Positions 9,119-19,758 are shown, counted from the stretch's first letter. The stretch: 64,000 nucleotides of DNA from an uncultured Nitrososphaerota archaeon (GCA_963824385.1 CAWGPD010000004.1:1-64000), one strand, 5' to 3'. A program made the numbers and translations. The notes: generated from the sequence alone by a model not told the origin.

Positions 9119-9592
9119 ATGTCAGCTTTTGGAGGAGATGATGTTGATACTCTAGCTTTGATGTTTGATAAATTACAATATATTTTCAGGGGGTATGATG
9201 CATATATTCAAGCATTTACCGAGATGCATTCTCTATACAAGCAAGGCAAGTTGTCTGAGAGGGAATATTATCACGGGATGACTGACGCCGTTCTAAAATA
9301 CTCTGCACTTGAATTTCTAGGGCTCAAATCCATGTTTGAGATAAAAAAAGCATTAAATCGAATGAACAGGCCATCATCAGCCCGTAATTCGATGTCTACA
9401 TTGGCATCGGGAACTGTTTCTGGACAGTCTGGTCCTCAAAACTCTATTGCCTCATTTATCAGTGCGAAAATCCTTCCGGGCAGGGATGGTTTGGTGCAAA
9501 AAACTACTGGGGATGGCAAACCATGTATTTCATGCGGGAAATTATCCGACCCAACAACAAAGTTTTGTAGAAACTGTGGCAACAAATTCTAA
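9119..9592 (+). CDS. Hypothetical protein with C-terminal zinc ribbon
   Basis: C-terminal CISCG...KFCRNCG. Confidence 0.75.
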   Translation: MSAFGGDDVDTLALMFDKLQYIFRGYDAYIQAFTEMHSLYKQGKLSEREYYHGMTDAVLKYSALEFLGLKSMFEIKKALNRMNRPSSARNSMSTLASGTVSGQSGPQNSIASFISAKILPGRDGLVQKTTGDGKPCISCGKLSDPTTKFCRNCGNKF

Positions 9593-9655
9593 TTTGTTTA
9601 AAATTTCATGTGATAATTCAAGAACTAAATAATGCTCACTCTGAAAATAATTTGC

Positions 9656-9730
9656 GGATCGGTAGTCTAGCCTGGTTAGGATATCGCACTCACACTGCGG
9701 GGGTCGCTGGTTCAAATCCGGCCCGATCCA
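9656..9730 (+). tRNA. tRNA-Val(CAC), intronless, CCA not encoded
   Basis: Acceptor stem GGATCGG/CCGATCC, anticodon arm TCGCA-CTCACAC-TGCGG, T-loop GTTCAAATC, discriminator A. Confidence 0.95.
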
Positions 9731-9807
9731 TTGATTTTTTAAAAATAGATGATTATCATGAATATCTCATAGAAAATTTCAAATCATTGTAGAGAATAGA
9801 AAATAAA

Positions 9808-10560
9808 ATGAAAGGAAAAAAAGGGCTTGTAGTAGGCATTGCAAATGAACATTCCATAGCATGGGGTTGTGCTCATGCTCTCCATAAAGCAGGAGCGGAG
9901 CTGGCCGTTACGTATCTAGACGAAAAAACCAAAGGCTACGTGGCGCCCCTTGCTGAAATCGTAGGCGCAGAGATTTTCGCTCCTTTAGACATTACAAATG
10001 AATCTCATCTTGTGTCTCTAATGGACGAGATTAAGAATCGGTGGGGCCATCTTGATTTCCTTTTACATTCGATCGTTTATGCACCAAGTTCAGATCTTCA
10101 TGGCCGGGTGGTGGATTCCTCCCGTGATGGTTTCTTGACTGCAATGGATATTTCATGCCACTCTCTGATACGGCTTGCCAAGGCTGCCGAGCCGCTAATG
10201 GATGGTGGTGCGATTTTGACGATGAGTTACTACGGGTCTGAAAAAGTTATTCCTCATTATGGTATAATGGGTCCAGTAAAAGCCGCCCTTGAGGCTACCA
10301 TGCGTTACCTTGCAGTTGAGCTGGGGCCAAAGAATATCAGAGTCAATGCACTGTCGCCAGGGCCTGTCAAGACACGTGCTGCCTCAGGTTTGACTGATTT
10401 TGACAGGCTGATGGAAATGGCTGCAAGCACCTCTCCATTGAGCAATTTTGTGACGCTTGAACAGATCGGTCAAGCATCAGTCTTCTTGATGTCTGACAAT
10501 GCGAAAAACATTACGGGACAAATTATTTACGTTGACAACGGCTACCACGTTAAGGGGTAA
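9808..10560 (+). CDS. fabI: Bacterial-type enoyl-ACP reductase (FabI, SDR family)
   Basis: GIANEHSIAWG N-terminus, YGIMGPVKAALE (Y-x6-K), RVNALSPGPVKTRAASG. Confidence 0.88.
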   Translation: MKGKKGLVVGIANEHSIAWGCAHALHKAGAELAVTYLDEKTKGYVAPLAEIVGAEIFAPLDITNESHLVSLMDEIKNRWGHLDFLLHSIVYAPSSDLHGRVVDSSRDGFLTAMDISCHSLIRLAKAAEPLMDGGAILTMSYYGSEKVIPHYGIMGPVKAALEATMRYLAVELGPKNIRVNALSPGPVKTRAASGLTDFDRLMEMAASTSPLSNFVTLEQIGQASVFLMSDNAKNITGQIIYVDNGYHVKG

Positions 10561-10715
10561 ACACCCACAAACAGTTTTGATTGCGTCTTACCTTGGAACA
10601 TCAAATTAATATGCGAACTATTTTTTTCTGTAAAAGTGACCGGAAATCATACAGTTGTGGTATAATTGATTATCGCAAATGATAATCAAATTCGACGTTT
10701 TTATGGAATGAAAAA

Positions 10716-11156
10716 GTGTATGGTTCTATGGATACATATGTTAAAGATATGATGAAAAAACAAATTGTTTCAATCGACGTATCACTTACAGTCCAAGAAG
10801 CTGCCAAGATAATGGAGGATACTGGCGTTAGTTGCCTGGTTGTTACCAAAGAAAATGTACCTGTAGGTATGATTACAGAAAGAGATTTTGTAACAAGGAT
10901 TGCATCTCTTGACAAGTCTTCATCTACTCTAGTACAAAATATAATGTCTGTACCCTTGATAACGTCTAGTCCTAGTGATACTGCAAAAAAACTTGCCGAA
11001 CTGATGAAAGAGAAAAAGATACACAAGGTGCCTATAATGGAAGGAAGTCATCTGATAGGAATTGTTACCTCAACCGATTTGATTACAAAGTGTATCATTG
11101 ATTCAGATTTTGAAATGAGACAAATTTGTAACTCTTTTGCGCAAATGGCATTTTGA
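10716..11156 (+). CDS. CBS-pair domain protein
   Basis: VKDMM, VGMITERD and IGIVTSTDL CBS motifs. Confidence 0.88.
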   Translation: MYGSMDTYVKDMMKKQIVSIDVSLTVQEAAKIMEDTGVSCLVVTKENVPVGMITERDFVTRIASLDKSSSTLVQNIMSVPLITSSPSDTAKKLAELMKEKKIHKVPIMEGSHLIGIVTSTDLITKCIIDSDFEMRQICNSFAQMAF

Positions 11157-11394
11157 TTATTTTATACACAAACTAATGTTGGAAACAGAATACAAAATGA
11201 CTCATATTCACTATAGATTTTTTAAACTAGATACATACATTTTTTATTTTTAACAGGTATTGTACCGTACATCTCAACAAATTATTTTATGTGTATTTGC
11301 GTCTCATTCACCTCTCATGAATTCATGACCACACTAACATTGTTACTGAACAATGTGTCACAATTCTTTATATCGACTTTCCAGTAACTACGGC

Positions 11395-11895
11395 ATGAAT
11401 ACACAAAGTCTAGTAGCGCACAAAAAGTTGCTTGCTATCATAATTGGTGTGGCAATATTTGCCACAGCAGGAATGGGCGCAGCTTCTGCACAAGTGTCTA
11501 CAACAAACACAAAACCAACAATCACTGGTTCAATCAATATTGAACAGACACTCATGTCAAAAGTGACAGTAACTTTCGCTGCTGCCTCAACAACTGCAGC
11601 AGGTGGTTCAACTGCATCACCAATTACAGGTGGACAAGTGATTAGTGGTAACTTGAAACCAATGCAAGGTTCTCTTGTATATGCCTTCAAAGTAATCGAC
11701 AGTAATAGCAAGGTATACTCTGTAATTGTCGATCCTTCAAGTGGAGCAGTGCTCTATGTCTCTCCAGGACACACATTCCATGGATTTGGAATGGGTGGTC
11801 ACCAAGGAGGAATGAAGGGTGGTTTCAAACATGGTGGACAGGGATGGAATAAACAAGCACCATCTACAAGCACAGCACCACCAGCAACATCCTAG
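11395..11895 (+). CDS. Secreted PepSY-like protein with Gly/His/Met-rich tail (copy 1)
   Basis: Signal peptide; LVYAFKV...YSVIVDPSSGAVL resembles PepSY; start set by alignment with copy 2. Confidence 0.7.
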   Translation: MNTQSLVAHKKLLAIIIGVAIFATAGMGAASAQVSTTNTKPTITGSINIEQTLMSKVTVTFAAASTTAAGGSTASPITGGQVISGNLKPMQGSLVYAFKVIDSNSKVYSVIVDPSSGAVLYVSPGHTFHGFGMGGHQGGMKGGFKHGGQGWNKQAPSTSTAPPATS

Positions 11896-11996
11896 TAGTT
11901 TCGAAAGAAACTCTCTTTTTTTATTTTTTTAACTAGAAAACAATATTTTTTGTTTCTAAATTATACCATTCTTAAACCATTATTTTTAAAATATAG

Positions 11997-12404
11997 CTAT
12001 TTGCTTTTATTGTAAATTTCTTTTGCGTTTAATTTGCCCATCTTGGATATCACACTTAGGATCTCGTGTATGTCAATTGGCTTTTCAACTATCTCAATCT
12101 GATGTGAATAATTGATATCATAATTTTTTAGTGCAGTTCCTGTAACAAGTATCACCTTAGCCAGAGGGTCAAACTGTCGTATTTTTTCTATTCCATATAG
12201 TCCATCATAAAGAGGCATTGCAGCATCAATTAACACAAAGTCTGGTCGCAGTTTTTGGTACATCTCATATGCCTCTTTTCCATTAGAGCAGGTTCCAATT
12301 ACATTTATTCCATGAATCTGGAGTAGACCAACAAAAGCATCTCGTACGTCTTTATCATCGTCTATTACCAAGACATTGGTTCTCTGCCCAAGAATCAGTC
12401 TCAC
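11997..12404 (-). CDS. Single-domain response regulator (receiver)
   Basis: VLVIDDD, D..MP..DG, VTG and KP motifs. Confidence 0.88.
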   Translation of the reverse strand: MRLILGQRTNVLVIDDDKDVRDAFVGLLQIHGINVIGTCSNGKEAYEMYQKLRPDFVLIDAAMPLYDGLYGIEKIRQFDPLAKVILVTGTALKNYDINYSHQIEIVEKPIDIHEILSVISKMGKLNAKEIYNKSK

Positions 12405-12553
12405 TATATTTTATCATTGTAGATACAAATAGTATTTTGTACCCATGATAAGTGTCCAGTTGTATAATCTGTACAAGCTAAGTTTTTGAAAAATTGAATA
12501 AACACATGTCATTTTTATATCAAATAATTTTGTAAAAAAATTTATTTTAAAAC

Positions 12554-12973
12554 TTACTTGATCAACATTACTGGAGTCTTTGATTTGTGTAATACGTAAC
12601 TTGATACGCTTCCAAGAAAAATATTCTTAAAGGTATTAACTCCTCTTGCCCCAATTACAATCAAATCTATGGCATGAGTATTGGAATATTCCACTATGGC
12701 ATGTCCCGGATCCCCTGTTAATATTCTGCTAGAAAACGGTATCTTGTTTTTAATGGCAAGTTTCTTTGTTTGAAGAATAAATGCTGGAGGCACCTCTTCT
12801 TCTCCTGATTTTTGCTTGACCCCTGCTTTTTGAGAAAGAGTATGAATTACATGAATTACAACAAGTGATGCCTCATTTTCACCTGCGAGATGAATTGCAG
12901 TCTCTAAAGCCTTTAGTGAATTTTTTGAACCATCCAAAGGTACCAGGATTTTTTCAAATCGTTGTGCCGACAT
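12554..12973 (-). CDS. Universal stress protein (UspA family)
   Basis: KILVPLDGS, GDPGHAI, IVIGARG...LGSVS motifs. Confidence 0.92.
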   Translation of the reverse strand: MSAQRFEKILVPLDGSKNSLKALETAIHLAGENEASLVVIHVIHTLSQKAGVKQKSGEEEVPPAFILQTKKLAIKNKIPFSSRILTGDPGHAIVEYSNTHAIDLIVIGARGVNTFKNIFLGSVSSYVLHKSKTPVMLIK

Positions 12974-13086
12974 TGTATATGCTGTATTACTGGTTTGTTA
13001 TATTCTAATCTGTGATTTTTTTGATTACATATTGATACAAAGATTTTCAATTGTGGTATCTTGACCAATTATTATTCAAAAAAGAA

Positions 13087-13866
13087 CTAGACTGCTTTCA
13101 TTCTTTTAAAAGAGTAAGTACCCAATGCACCTAAGGCACAGCTGTACAATAAAAGAACCCCCAAATCAAGACCAAGCCCATGACTTCCTATTCCTAATAT
13201 GATATTTCGAAGAGCATCTACTGCATATGTTACAGGGTCTATAGTTGTTAAAATTGAGAGCCATTGGGGTAGTTTATCAATTGGAAATAACGCGCCACTA
13301 AGAAAGAACAAAGGAAAAACTACAAAACTTACTATCATCTGAAATCCTTCAAGACTTGTCATGTAACTTCCTAGAGTCAATCCAAGAGATGTCAGAGCAA
13401 ATGCAAGCAGTAGAACAATTACTATTGTTTGTAAAAGAGCAAGTGGACTGAACTGTACTCCTATGATTAGACCCACCACAAGAAGGATTGCTACTTGAAT
13501 CATGGAATTTGTCATACCTCCAAATGTTTTTCCTGTAAAAATAGTAGACCGCGATACAGGTGCTACCATCACACTTTTTAGAAAATCAAATTTTCTATCC
13601 CATATAATATACGAGCCAAAAAATACTGCTGAGAAAACGACTGACATGCAAATTATTCCGGGAAATATAAATTTCTGATAATCTATTGCGTGTGCAGATA
13701 TCGAAGTTGAAGATCCAAATCCACTGCCTATGACAAATAGCCATAAAAGTGGAGTAAAGGTTGATGCAACTAGCCTGCTTTTTTCTCTAAAGAATACCTT
13801 GACTTCCCTTAACCAGAGTGCATAGATCTTGTTAAAGTAAATTCTAATGCTTGTCGTATTGGACAT
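13087..13866 (-). CDS. ABC-2 type exporter permease (DrrB-like)
   Basis: Six TM helices; FLSGALFP and P.TYAVDALR motifs. Confidence 0.88.
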   Translation of the reverse strand: MSNTTSIRIYFNKIYALWLREVKVFFREKSRLVASTFTPLLWLFVIGSGFGSSTSISAHAIDYQKFIFPGIICMSVVFSAVFFGSYIIWDRKFDFLKSVMVAPVSRSTIFTGKTFGGMTNSMIQVAILLVVGLIIGVQFSPLALLQTIVIVLLLAFALTSLGLTLGSYMTSLEGFQMIVSFVVFPLFFLSGALFPIDKLPQWLSILTTIDPVTYAVDALRNIILGIGSHGLGLDLGVLLLYSCALGALGTYSFKRMKAV

Positions 13867-14824
13867 ATCTCTCCATAAAACCGCCTTCAGCTTGTTCTTT
13901 GATGTTCCTTCCTGTTAATTTCAAAAATACATCATTTAATGTAGGGCTGGTTGCTTCTACAGATTCAACTTCGACATGCTTTAAAATTTCTGGAATGTTT
14001 CTTTTTGCATCGTCAACGCTTAACAATAGATATCCATCAAGTGACTCCATTTTACTAATACACTCTAGATTCTTTAGGGCATCTGTGTTGGAATCTTGTT
14101 TTAGTTTGAGTTTTACAATATCTCCTCCTAACATTGATTTTAGGTTAGTAGGAGTGTCTAACGCAATAATTTTTCCCTTGTCTATTATGCCAATTCTGTT
14201 GCATAACATATCGGCCTCTTCCATGTAATGTGTCGTAAGAATTATCGAAAGTTTTTCTTGTTTTACAAGCTGTTGTATGTACTTCCACATTGTCTCTCTA
14301 CTTGAAGGATCTAGTCCTAGTGTTGGCTCGTCAAGAAACAATACTTTGGGATTGTGAATTAATCCACGTGCTATCTCTAGTCTTCTTCGCATTCCTCCAG
14401 AGTATTTTTTTACTTGATCATCCTTTCTGTCTGTCAAGCCAACTAGTTCAAGAGCCGCACTGATGCGTTTTTCCCTAACATCTGGTTTTACGCCATAAAG
14501 CAAGGCATGAATTTTGAGGTTTTCATATCCTGTAAGAAGGTCATCGCTACTTGGAACCTGAAAAACAATGCCTATGCTGGATCTGACTTTTTCAGGATCT
14601 TTTAGTATGTCAAAACCATTGACTGTTGCAGACCCCGATGTTGGATTGAGTAGGGTGGCAAGCATGTGTATTACCGTAGTCTTGCCAGCGCCATTTGGTC
14701 CTAATAGGCCGAAAACCTCGCTTTGTCCTATGTCTAAAGATAGATTATCAACGGCAGTTAATTTTTCATAACGTTTTGTCAAATTACGAATATGTATCAA
14801 GTAATTCTTGGATGGATTGGCCAC
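13844..14824 (-). CDS. ABC exporter ATP-binding subunit (DrrA-like)
   Basis: Walker A GPNGAGKTT, signature YSGGM, LFLDEPT, TTHYMEEA. Confidence 0.93.
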   Translation of the reverse strand: MANPSKNYLIHIRNLTKRYEKLTAVDNLSLDIGQSEVFGLLGPNGAGKTTVIHMLATLLNPTSGSATVNGFDILKDPEKVRSSIGIVFQVPSSDDLLTGYENLKIHALLYGVKPDVREKRISAALELVGLTDRKDDQVKKYSGGMRRRLEIARGLIHNPKVLFLDEPTLGLDPSSRETMWKYIQQLVKQEKLSIILTTHYMEEADMLCNRIGIIDKGKIIALDTPTNLKSMLGGDIVKLKLKQDSNTDALKNLECISKMESLDGYLLLSVDDAKRNIPEILKHVEVESVEATSPTLNDVFLKLTGRNIKEQAEGGFMERYVQYDKH

Positions 14825-15206
14825 ATATTATGCTTAGATCTGAGAGCGTTTTAACAAAGATCTAATTTCTTTTAGAATTGTCTGTTTCACGAGAATCATG
14901 GAACAAGATGAGCGAACAAAACATTCGAGGTTTAAATTCACTAATCTAATCGTATAAAATCCCCATTATGCTAAAGAATATCTCATGAAGAAAACTAAAC
15001 ATTCCAAAGAGTTTATCCAGAAAAAATTTGACGAATTAATGAAAAAACGCAAGAAAGAGGAAAATAGCTAATCACAAGTTATTTTATTTTTTGATCTCTA
15101 ATCAGATTCTTTTTAAACAAATCTATTAAATTAAAATAATTTCAAATATTTTTGGAACAAGTTTGACAAGACTATGCTTTAATCTGGCATATTGCGCTGT
15201 TATGCC

Positions 15207-15578
15207 ATGTCCTCGGAAAAACTGACAATCTTTGAAGGGCAAAAATATCTCTGCCTTGAGACATACAAAAAGAATGGTCAAGGAGTAAAGACTCCAGTTT
15301 GGTTTGTAATATCTAATGGAATTATCTATATTGCAACGTCCGAGTCCTCAGGTAAAGTAAAAAGATTAAACCACAATAAATCTGTCAAAATATCACCATC
15401 CAATTTTAAAGGTGAACCAAAAGGAGAATGGTTAGAAGGCCAGGCATTTTTTGGGGATGAATCGGAATTAAAACTGACCAAGTCATTACGCAATAAAAAA
15501 TATGGCATACTATCAAAAATAATTGGCAAGTTTGTATCAAGAAAGGGAAAGATCGTATCAATTGGAATTAAACTATAA
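15207..15578 (+). CDS. PPOX-class (F420-binding, split-barrel) oxidoreductase
   Basis: L.TYKKNG..VKTPVWF and SGKVKRL motifs. Confidence 0.8.
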   Translation: MSSEKLTIFEGQKYLCLETYKKNGQGVKTPVWFVISNGIIYIATSESSGKVKRLNHNKSVKISPSNFKGEPKGEWLEGQAFFGDESELKLTKSLRNKKYGILSKIIGKFVSRKGKIVSIGIKL

Positions 15579-15630
15579 GTGTCATTCATGACGGAACCAT
15601 TTTTATAATTGCCATCTACAAAATTATTAC

Positions 15631-15879
15631 ATGTCATCATCTGAATCAAATTCAATTGGTTGTTCATTACTCATTGATCTCAAAGGCTGTCCAGAATTGA
15701 AAAAACTCAAGAATGGAACACAGTATAACGTAGATGTTACAAATGACCCATGCATAATATTCAAAGACTCGGTAGGAAATAAAAAAGAGATGAAGTTTAA
15801 AAAAAACTGTACTGTAACGATAACTCTAGAAAAGATTCTCTACAACCGTGAGGATGTTACAATAAAATCGGTGCAATGA
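15631..15879 (+). CDS. Hypothetical protein
   Basis: 82-aa ORF filling an intergenic gap. Confidence 0.5.
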   Translation: MSSSESNSIGCSLLIDLKGCPELKKLKNGTQYNVDVTNDPCIIFKDSVGNKKEMKFKKNCTVTITLEKILYNREDVTIKSVQ

Positions 15880-15916
15880 CAATGCTTATGGCTGTCAGGA
15901 ATTAGTAGTGAAATAG

Positions 15917-16048
15917 ATGGAAAATCTACTTAATACTGAAGAGATAGATTGGCTGATAAAATTCTTGTCAGGAAAAGGCAGCAATGACGAAGTTATTGAA
16001 AAGATAGTTAGGATTACTACAAAACTTGAAAAAATGAGAAGACGATAA
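15917..16048 (+). CDS. Small hypothetical helical protein (43 aa)
   Basis: Manual translation MENLLNTEEIDWLIKFLSGKGSNDEVIEKIVRITTKLEKMRRR*. Confidence 0.4.
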   Translation: MENLLNTEEIDWLIKFLSGKGSNDEVIEKIVRITTKLEKMRRR

Positions 16049-16158
16049 AATATTTCCAACCCGCAAATTATCTTATGAAATTTTTCAAAGTCTGATATAC
16101 TGAATTCTAGTTCATGTTGGCATAAAGTTTAATTCAACAACCAAAACAAAAACAAAAC

Positions 16159-18009
16159 ATGCGAATATTACAGTTGCACTGTGATTACGTAGAATACACT
16201 CCGGTAAAAAAGGAAATAAAATCTGCTGAAGAACTTGATCCGCAATCAAAACGCCTCGAAGAGGTAGTTGTTGCATTTGTGGCAGTTGAGGAATCAGACA
16301 ATTCAGATGTTGCCAAGAGGGCAATTGGTGAGATTTCCGAATCCATGAAAAAAGTAGGCTGTACTAAATTATTATTATATCCTTATGCTCATCTAGACTC
16401 AAAACTTGCATCTCCTACCACTGCTCTACTGTTGCTCAAAGAGATGGAATCCAACGCACCAGGACTTGAGGTTCATAGAGCCCCATTTGGATGGACAAAG
16501 TCATACAAACTTCAAGTCAAGGGACATCCTCTGGCTGAAAATTCAAAAACAATTACAGCTGGTGAAGAAAAAGAATCATCATCAAATGCACTAAAAGCAG
16601 AATCCAAGATACAATCATTTTGGCACATATTAACTCCTGATGGTAAATTACATGAAATTGAAAAATTCAACTTTGCAAAATATCCAAACCTTGAGGTATT
16701 GGCAAAATACGAAGCAGCTAAAAAAAGGGCTGTTGATGAACCTCCACCACATGTTAAATTGATGAAAAAATTGGCCATTGCAGATTATGAACCAGCATCA
16801 GATGCTGGCAACATGAGATTTTATCCAAACGGAAGGCTGATGAAATCACTAATCGAGAGATATGTAACAGACAAAGTGATGGAGTATGGGGGATTTGAGG
16901 TAGAGACTCCAATAATGTATGATTCTCATCATCCAAGCATGGAAAGTTATTTCCATAGATTTCCAGCACGACAGTACAGCATTGATTCTGAGGGTAAGCA
17001 CCTGTTCTTGAGATTTGCAGCATGTTTTGGACAGTTTCTTATGGCAAAAGACTTTCAGTTATCATACAAGAATTTACCCTTGAAATTATACGAGTCTACA
17101 AGATATAGTTTCAGAAGAGAGCAGTCTGGAGAACTTGTAGGTCTTCGAAGACTGCGTGCATTTACCATGCCAGACTGTCATGCAATGTGCATGGACATGA
17201 ACCAAGCAAAAGAAGAATTTAGAAAAAGATTTGAGTTATCTCGTGATGTTATCAAGGGATTAGGTATTGATGATACAGATTATGAAATGGCGATTAGATT
17301 TACTGAAGAATTTTACAATGAAAACAAGGCTCTAATTGAAGAGATTGTAGCAAAGTTAGGCAAACCTGTTCTTGTTGAAATGTGGAAGGAGAGATTCTTC
17401 TATTTTGTATTAAAATGGGAGTTTAACTATGTTGATAGTTCTGGAAAAGCGTCTGCATTATCCACTGATCAAATAGATGTGGAGAATGGAAAAAGATACA
17501 ATATTGATTTTATGGATACGGAGAACAAGCCTCAAAATCCAATAATTTTACACAACTCTCCAAGTGGGGCAATTGAGAGAGTAATATACACACTATTGGA
17601 AAAAGCTGCAAAAGATCAAAGAGAGGGAAGAAAACCAATGTTTCCATTGTGGCTTGCCCCGACACAGGTAAGACTCATTCCTGTAAAACCCGAGTTTTTG
17701 GAGCATTGTGAGAAACTTGCCGACACTCTAACTGAGAGCAATATTCGTGTTGATGTAGATGATAGAAACGAGAGTGTTGGAAAAAGTATTCGCGACGCAG
17801 AGACTGAATGGATTAGATACATCATAGTAATAGGCGAAAAGGAAGCAAATTCTACCATGTTATCAATTCGAGATAGAAAATCAAAAGAGCCTCGAAATCT
17901 TTCTGTTGCTGAATTTATCGCAGATGTTCAAGAAGAGACCAAGGGAAAACCGTTTATGAGAATAAACATGGGTCGAAGTGTGGCAAAAAGGCCACAGATT
18001 ATGGTCTAA
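16159..18009 (+). CDS. thrS: Threonyl-tRNA synthetase, archaeal type with N-terminal editing domain
   Basis: MRILQLHCD, YPYAHL, APFGW.K, LRFAACFG, FRREQSGEL.GL.RLR.F.MPD, P.WLAP.QV. Confidence 0.97.
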   Translation: MRILQLHCDYVEYTPVKKEIKSAEELDPQSKRLEEVVVAFVAVEESDNSDVAKRAIGEISESMKKVGCTKLLLYPYAHLDSKLASPTTALLLLKEMESNAPGLEVHRAPFGWTKSYKLQVKGHPLAENSKTITAGEEKESSSNALKAESKIQSFWHILTPDGKLHEIEKFNFAKYPNLEVLAKYEAAKKRAVDEPPPHVKLMKKLAIADYEPASDAGNMRFYPNGRLMKSLIERYVTDKVMEYGGFEVETPIMYDSHHPSMESYFHRFPARQYSIDSEGKHLFLRFAACFGQFLMAKDFQLSYKNLPLKLYESTRYSFRREQSGELVGLRRLRAFTMPDCHAMCMDMNQAKEEFRKRFELSRDVIKGLGIDDTDYEMAIRFTEEFYNENKALIEEIVAKLGKPVLVEMWKERFFYFVLKWEFNYVDSSGKASALSTDQIDVENGKRYNIDFMDTENKPQNPIILHNSPSGAIERVIYTLLEKAAKDQREGRKPMFPLWLAPTQVRLIPVKPEFLEHCEKLADTLTESNIRVDVDDRNESVGKSIRDAETEWIRYIIVIGEKEANSTMLSIRDRKSKEPRNLSVAEFIADVQEETKGKPFMRINMGRSVAKRPQIMV

Positions 18010-18015
18010 TGCAAA

Positions 18016-18246
18016 TCAAGATGCGTCTAAATCTCGTGGGTCAAGTTGTAATGATCTGTTGAAACATTCTAAAGCTTCATCATATCTGCCTAGACCACGT
18101 AATGCAACTCCCTTCTTGTTAAGTAAATCCGGGTTGTTTGGTTGTGTCACAATTGCCTGATCAAAGTAACTCAGCGCTTCTTCAAAATTTCCATCTATAA
18201 TTAACTGCGAGCCTTTTTTGATCAATTCAGAAATGTCTCTTTCCAC
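18016..18246 (-). CDS. Small tetratricopeptide-repeat protein
   Basis: Two TPR units (EEALSYFDQAI...P; KGVALRGLGRYDEALECFNRSL..DP). Confidence 0.85.
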   Translation of the reverse strand: MERDISELIKKGSQLIIDGNFEEALSYFDQAIVTQPNNPDLLNKKGVALRGLGRYDEALECFNRSLQLDPRDLDAS

Positions 18247-18274
18247 TGATTTGATATGTATTTTCTACCTTAAG

Positions 18275-19147
18275 TCACTTGCGGGATATGTTCATTGCAA
18301 TTACTTCGGACATTAGTTTTGCTGCAACAGATGCAGTTGCACCGTTGTCATATGGAGGACATAATTCCACGATATCCATGCATCGAATTGTATTGTCTTC
18401 TAATGCATATATCATGTCAAAGAGTTCACGTGATGTAATGCCCATGGCTTCTGGGTTGCCAACTCCTGGTGCAAATGCTGGGTCTAATACGTCTAAATCG
18501 ATGCTTACATAGATTTTATCAAAAGTTGACATAAAGTCCTTGACCATTTTAGGCCCTCTTCCTTCTCGAATGTCCTTATCTGTAACAGTGTTTACTTTAT
18601 GTTCTGTCTTAAATGCAAGCTCTTCTTTTACAAATGATCTTGCTCCAACATGAACAATGTTTTCTGCACCTCTTTTTTCTATGATTCTTCTAAGATAAGC
18701 TGCATGGCTTAGCTTAATGTCTGCATATTCATCTCGCAAATCATAATGTGCATCAAATACGATATAGCCTGTTTCTTTTGGAAATGCCATGTATGTTCCA
18801 TATGTAATCAAATGCTCTCCTCCCAAAATGATCATCTGTTTGTCTCTTTCTGATAGTTCTTTGGTAATTTTTCCTATCATATCTAGAACCTCTGTTGCAA
18901 CTACGGTGTGATACGTATTTCCAAGATCTTCAATATTGACACTTTCTAAATCTACATTGAATCTTGTTGAGAATATTTCTATATTGTTAAAGGCTTGTCG
19001 AACAGCATCGGGACCAAATCTTGTACCAGGTCTAAAAGAATGAGTCGAATCAAATGGAATTCCATATACTATGGCAGATACATCTCCATCTTCGCTTGGG
19101 CTGGTAATTAGCGGATTGCGATTCATGTATAAATCAAGAAAACTCAT
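18275..19147 (-). CDS. speB: Agmatinase (ureohydrolase family)
   Basis: GGEH, FDAHYD, SIDLDVLDPAFAPGVG.PE motifs. Confidence 0.92.
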   Translation of the reverse strand: MSFLDLYMNRNPLITSPSEDGDVSAIVYGIPFDSTHSFRPGTRFGPDAVRQAFNNIEIFSTRFNVDLESVNIEDLGNTYHTVVATEVLDMIGKITKELSERDKQMIILGGEHLITYGTYMAFPKETGYIVFDAHYDLRDEYADIKLSHAAYLRRIIEKRGAENIVHVGARSFVKEELAFKTEHKVNTVTDKDIREGRGPKMVKDFMSTFDKIYVSIDLDVLDPAFAPGVGNPEAMGITSRELFDMIYALEDNTIRCMDIVELCPPYDNGATASVAAKLMSEVIAMNISRK

Positions 19148-19283
19148 TTGTAACGCTCATCATTTTATGGCAGTATAATAATATTTCATTAGATTATACT
19201 TTTTGTCAAAACATTAGCACTTTTCTAAAGCATTTGAATTAAATGATAAATCATAACTTGAAAATAAATAAAGTATTAAACGA

Positions 19284-19634
19284 TTACTTTTTCCACATTT
19301 TTTGCCAAGTTTCAGCAAATTTGTTCATTGCTTCACCATATGTTTTTACTTGATACATGCTTGATTGGCTGAGTACTTTCTGCCAGTCATCTCCAAATTG
19401 TTTGAATACGTTAATTCCTGCGTCACTCATAGACTTTTTCCAATTTTCGATAAACTGGTTCATAGTTTTATCATTGGAATCTTTCATTGCCTTGATCATG
19501 GCATCATGATATTTTGATTGAACCTCATCTGTTGCCCTCTGAAGAGATTCAAAAGCCCCCATCCATGCCTTGAGCGACTTGTTATAATCAAATCGTAGTT
19601 TGTCCCAATCGTTTGGTGGATTCTGTTTGGACAT
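19284..19634 (-). CDS. Hypothetical amphipathic helical protein
   Basis: 116 aa with periodic W/F/M residues. Confidence 0.7.
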   Translation of the reverse strand: MSKQNPPNDWDKLRFDYNKSLKAWMGAFESLQRATDEVQSKYHDAMIKAMKDSNDKTMNQFIENWKKSMSDAGINVFKQFGDDWQKVLSQSSMYQVKTYGEAMNKFAETWQKMWKK

Positions 19635-19758
19635 GTTATAGTATTACCATGTTACTTGATAAGACTATTGATGATTACCTCCCGCACTAGGGATTTGGAA
19701 ATATAGTTGATAAAGCAAGGTAAAATCGTTTAACTAGTTTTGAAATTTTGGTAATTGA

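Noticed and set aside
9610..9792. 60-aa ORF
   Set aside because: It overlaps tRNA-Val and is spurious.
14834..14865. TTAGATCT-N16-AGATCTAA inverted repeat at the ABC exporter promoter
   Set aside because: A plausible operator, but it is a single AT-rich instance with no adjacent regulator, so support is insufficient.
9656..16100. Integrated provirus or ICE at tRNA-Val
   Set aside because: No integrase, transposase or viral genes were recognised, and I did not spot a duplicated tRNA 3' end by eye.
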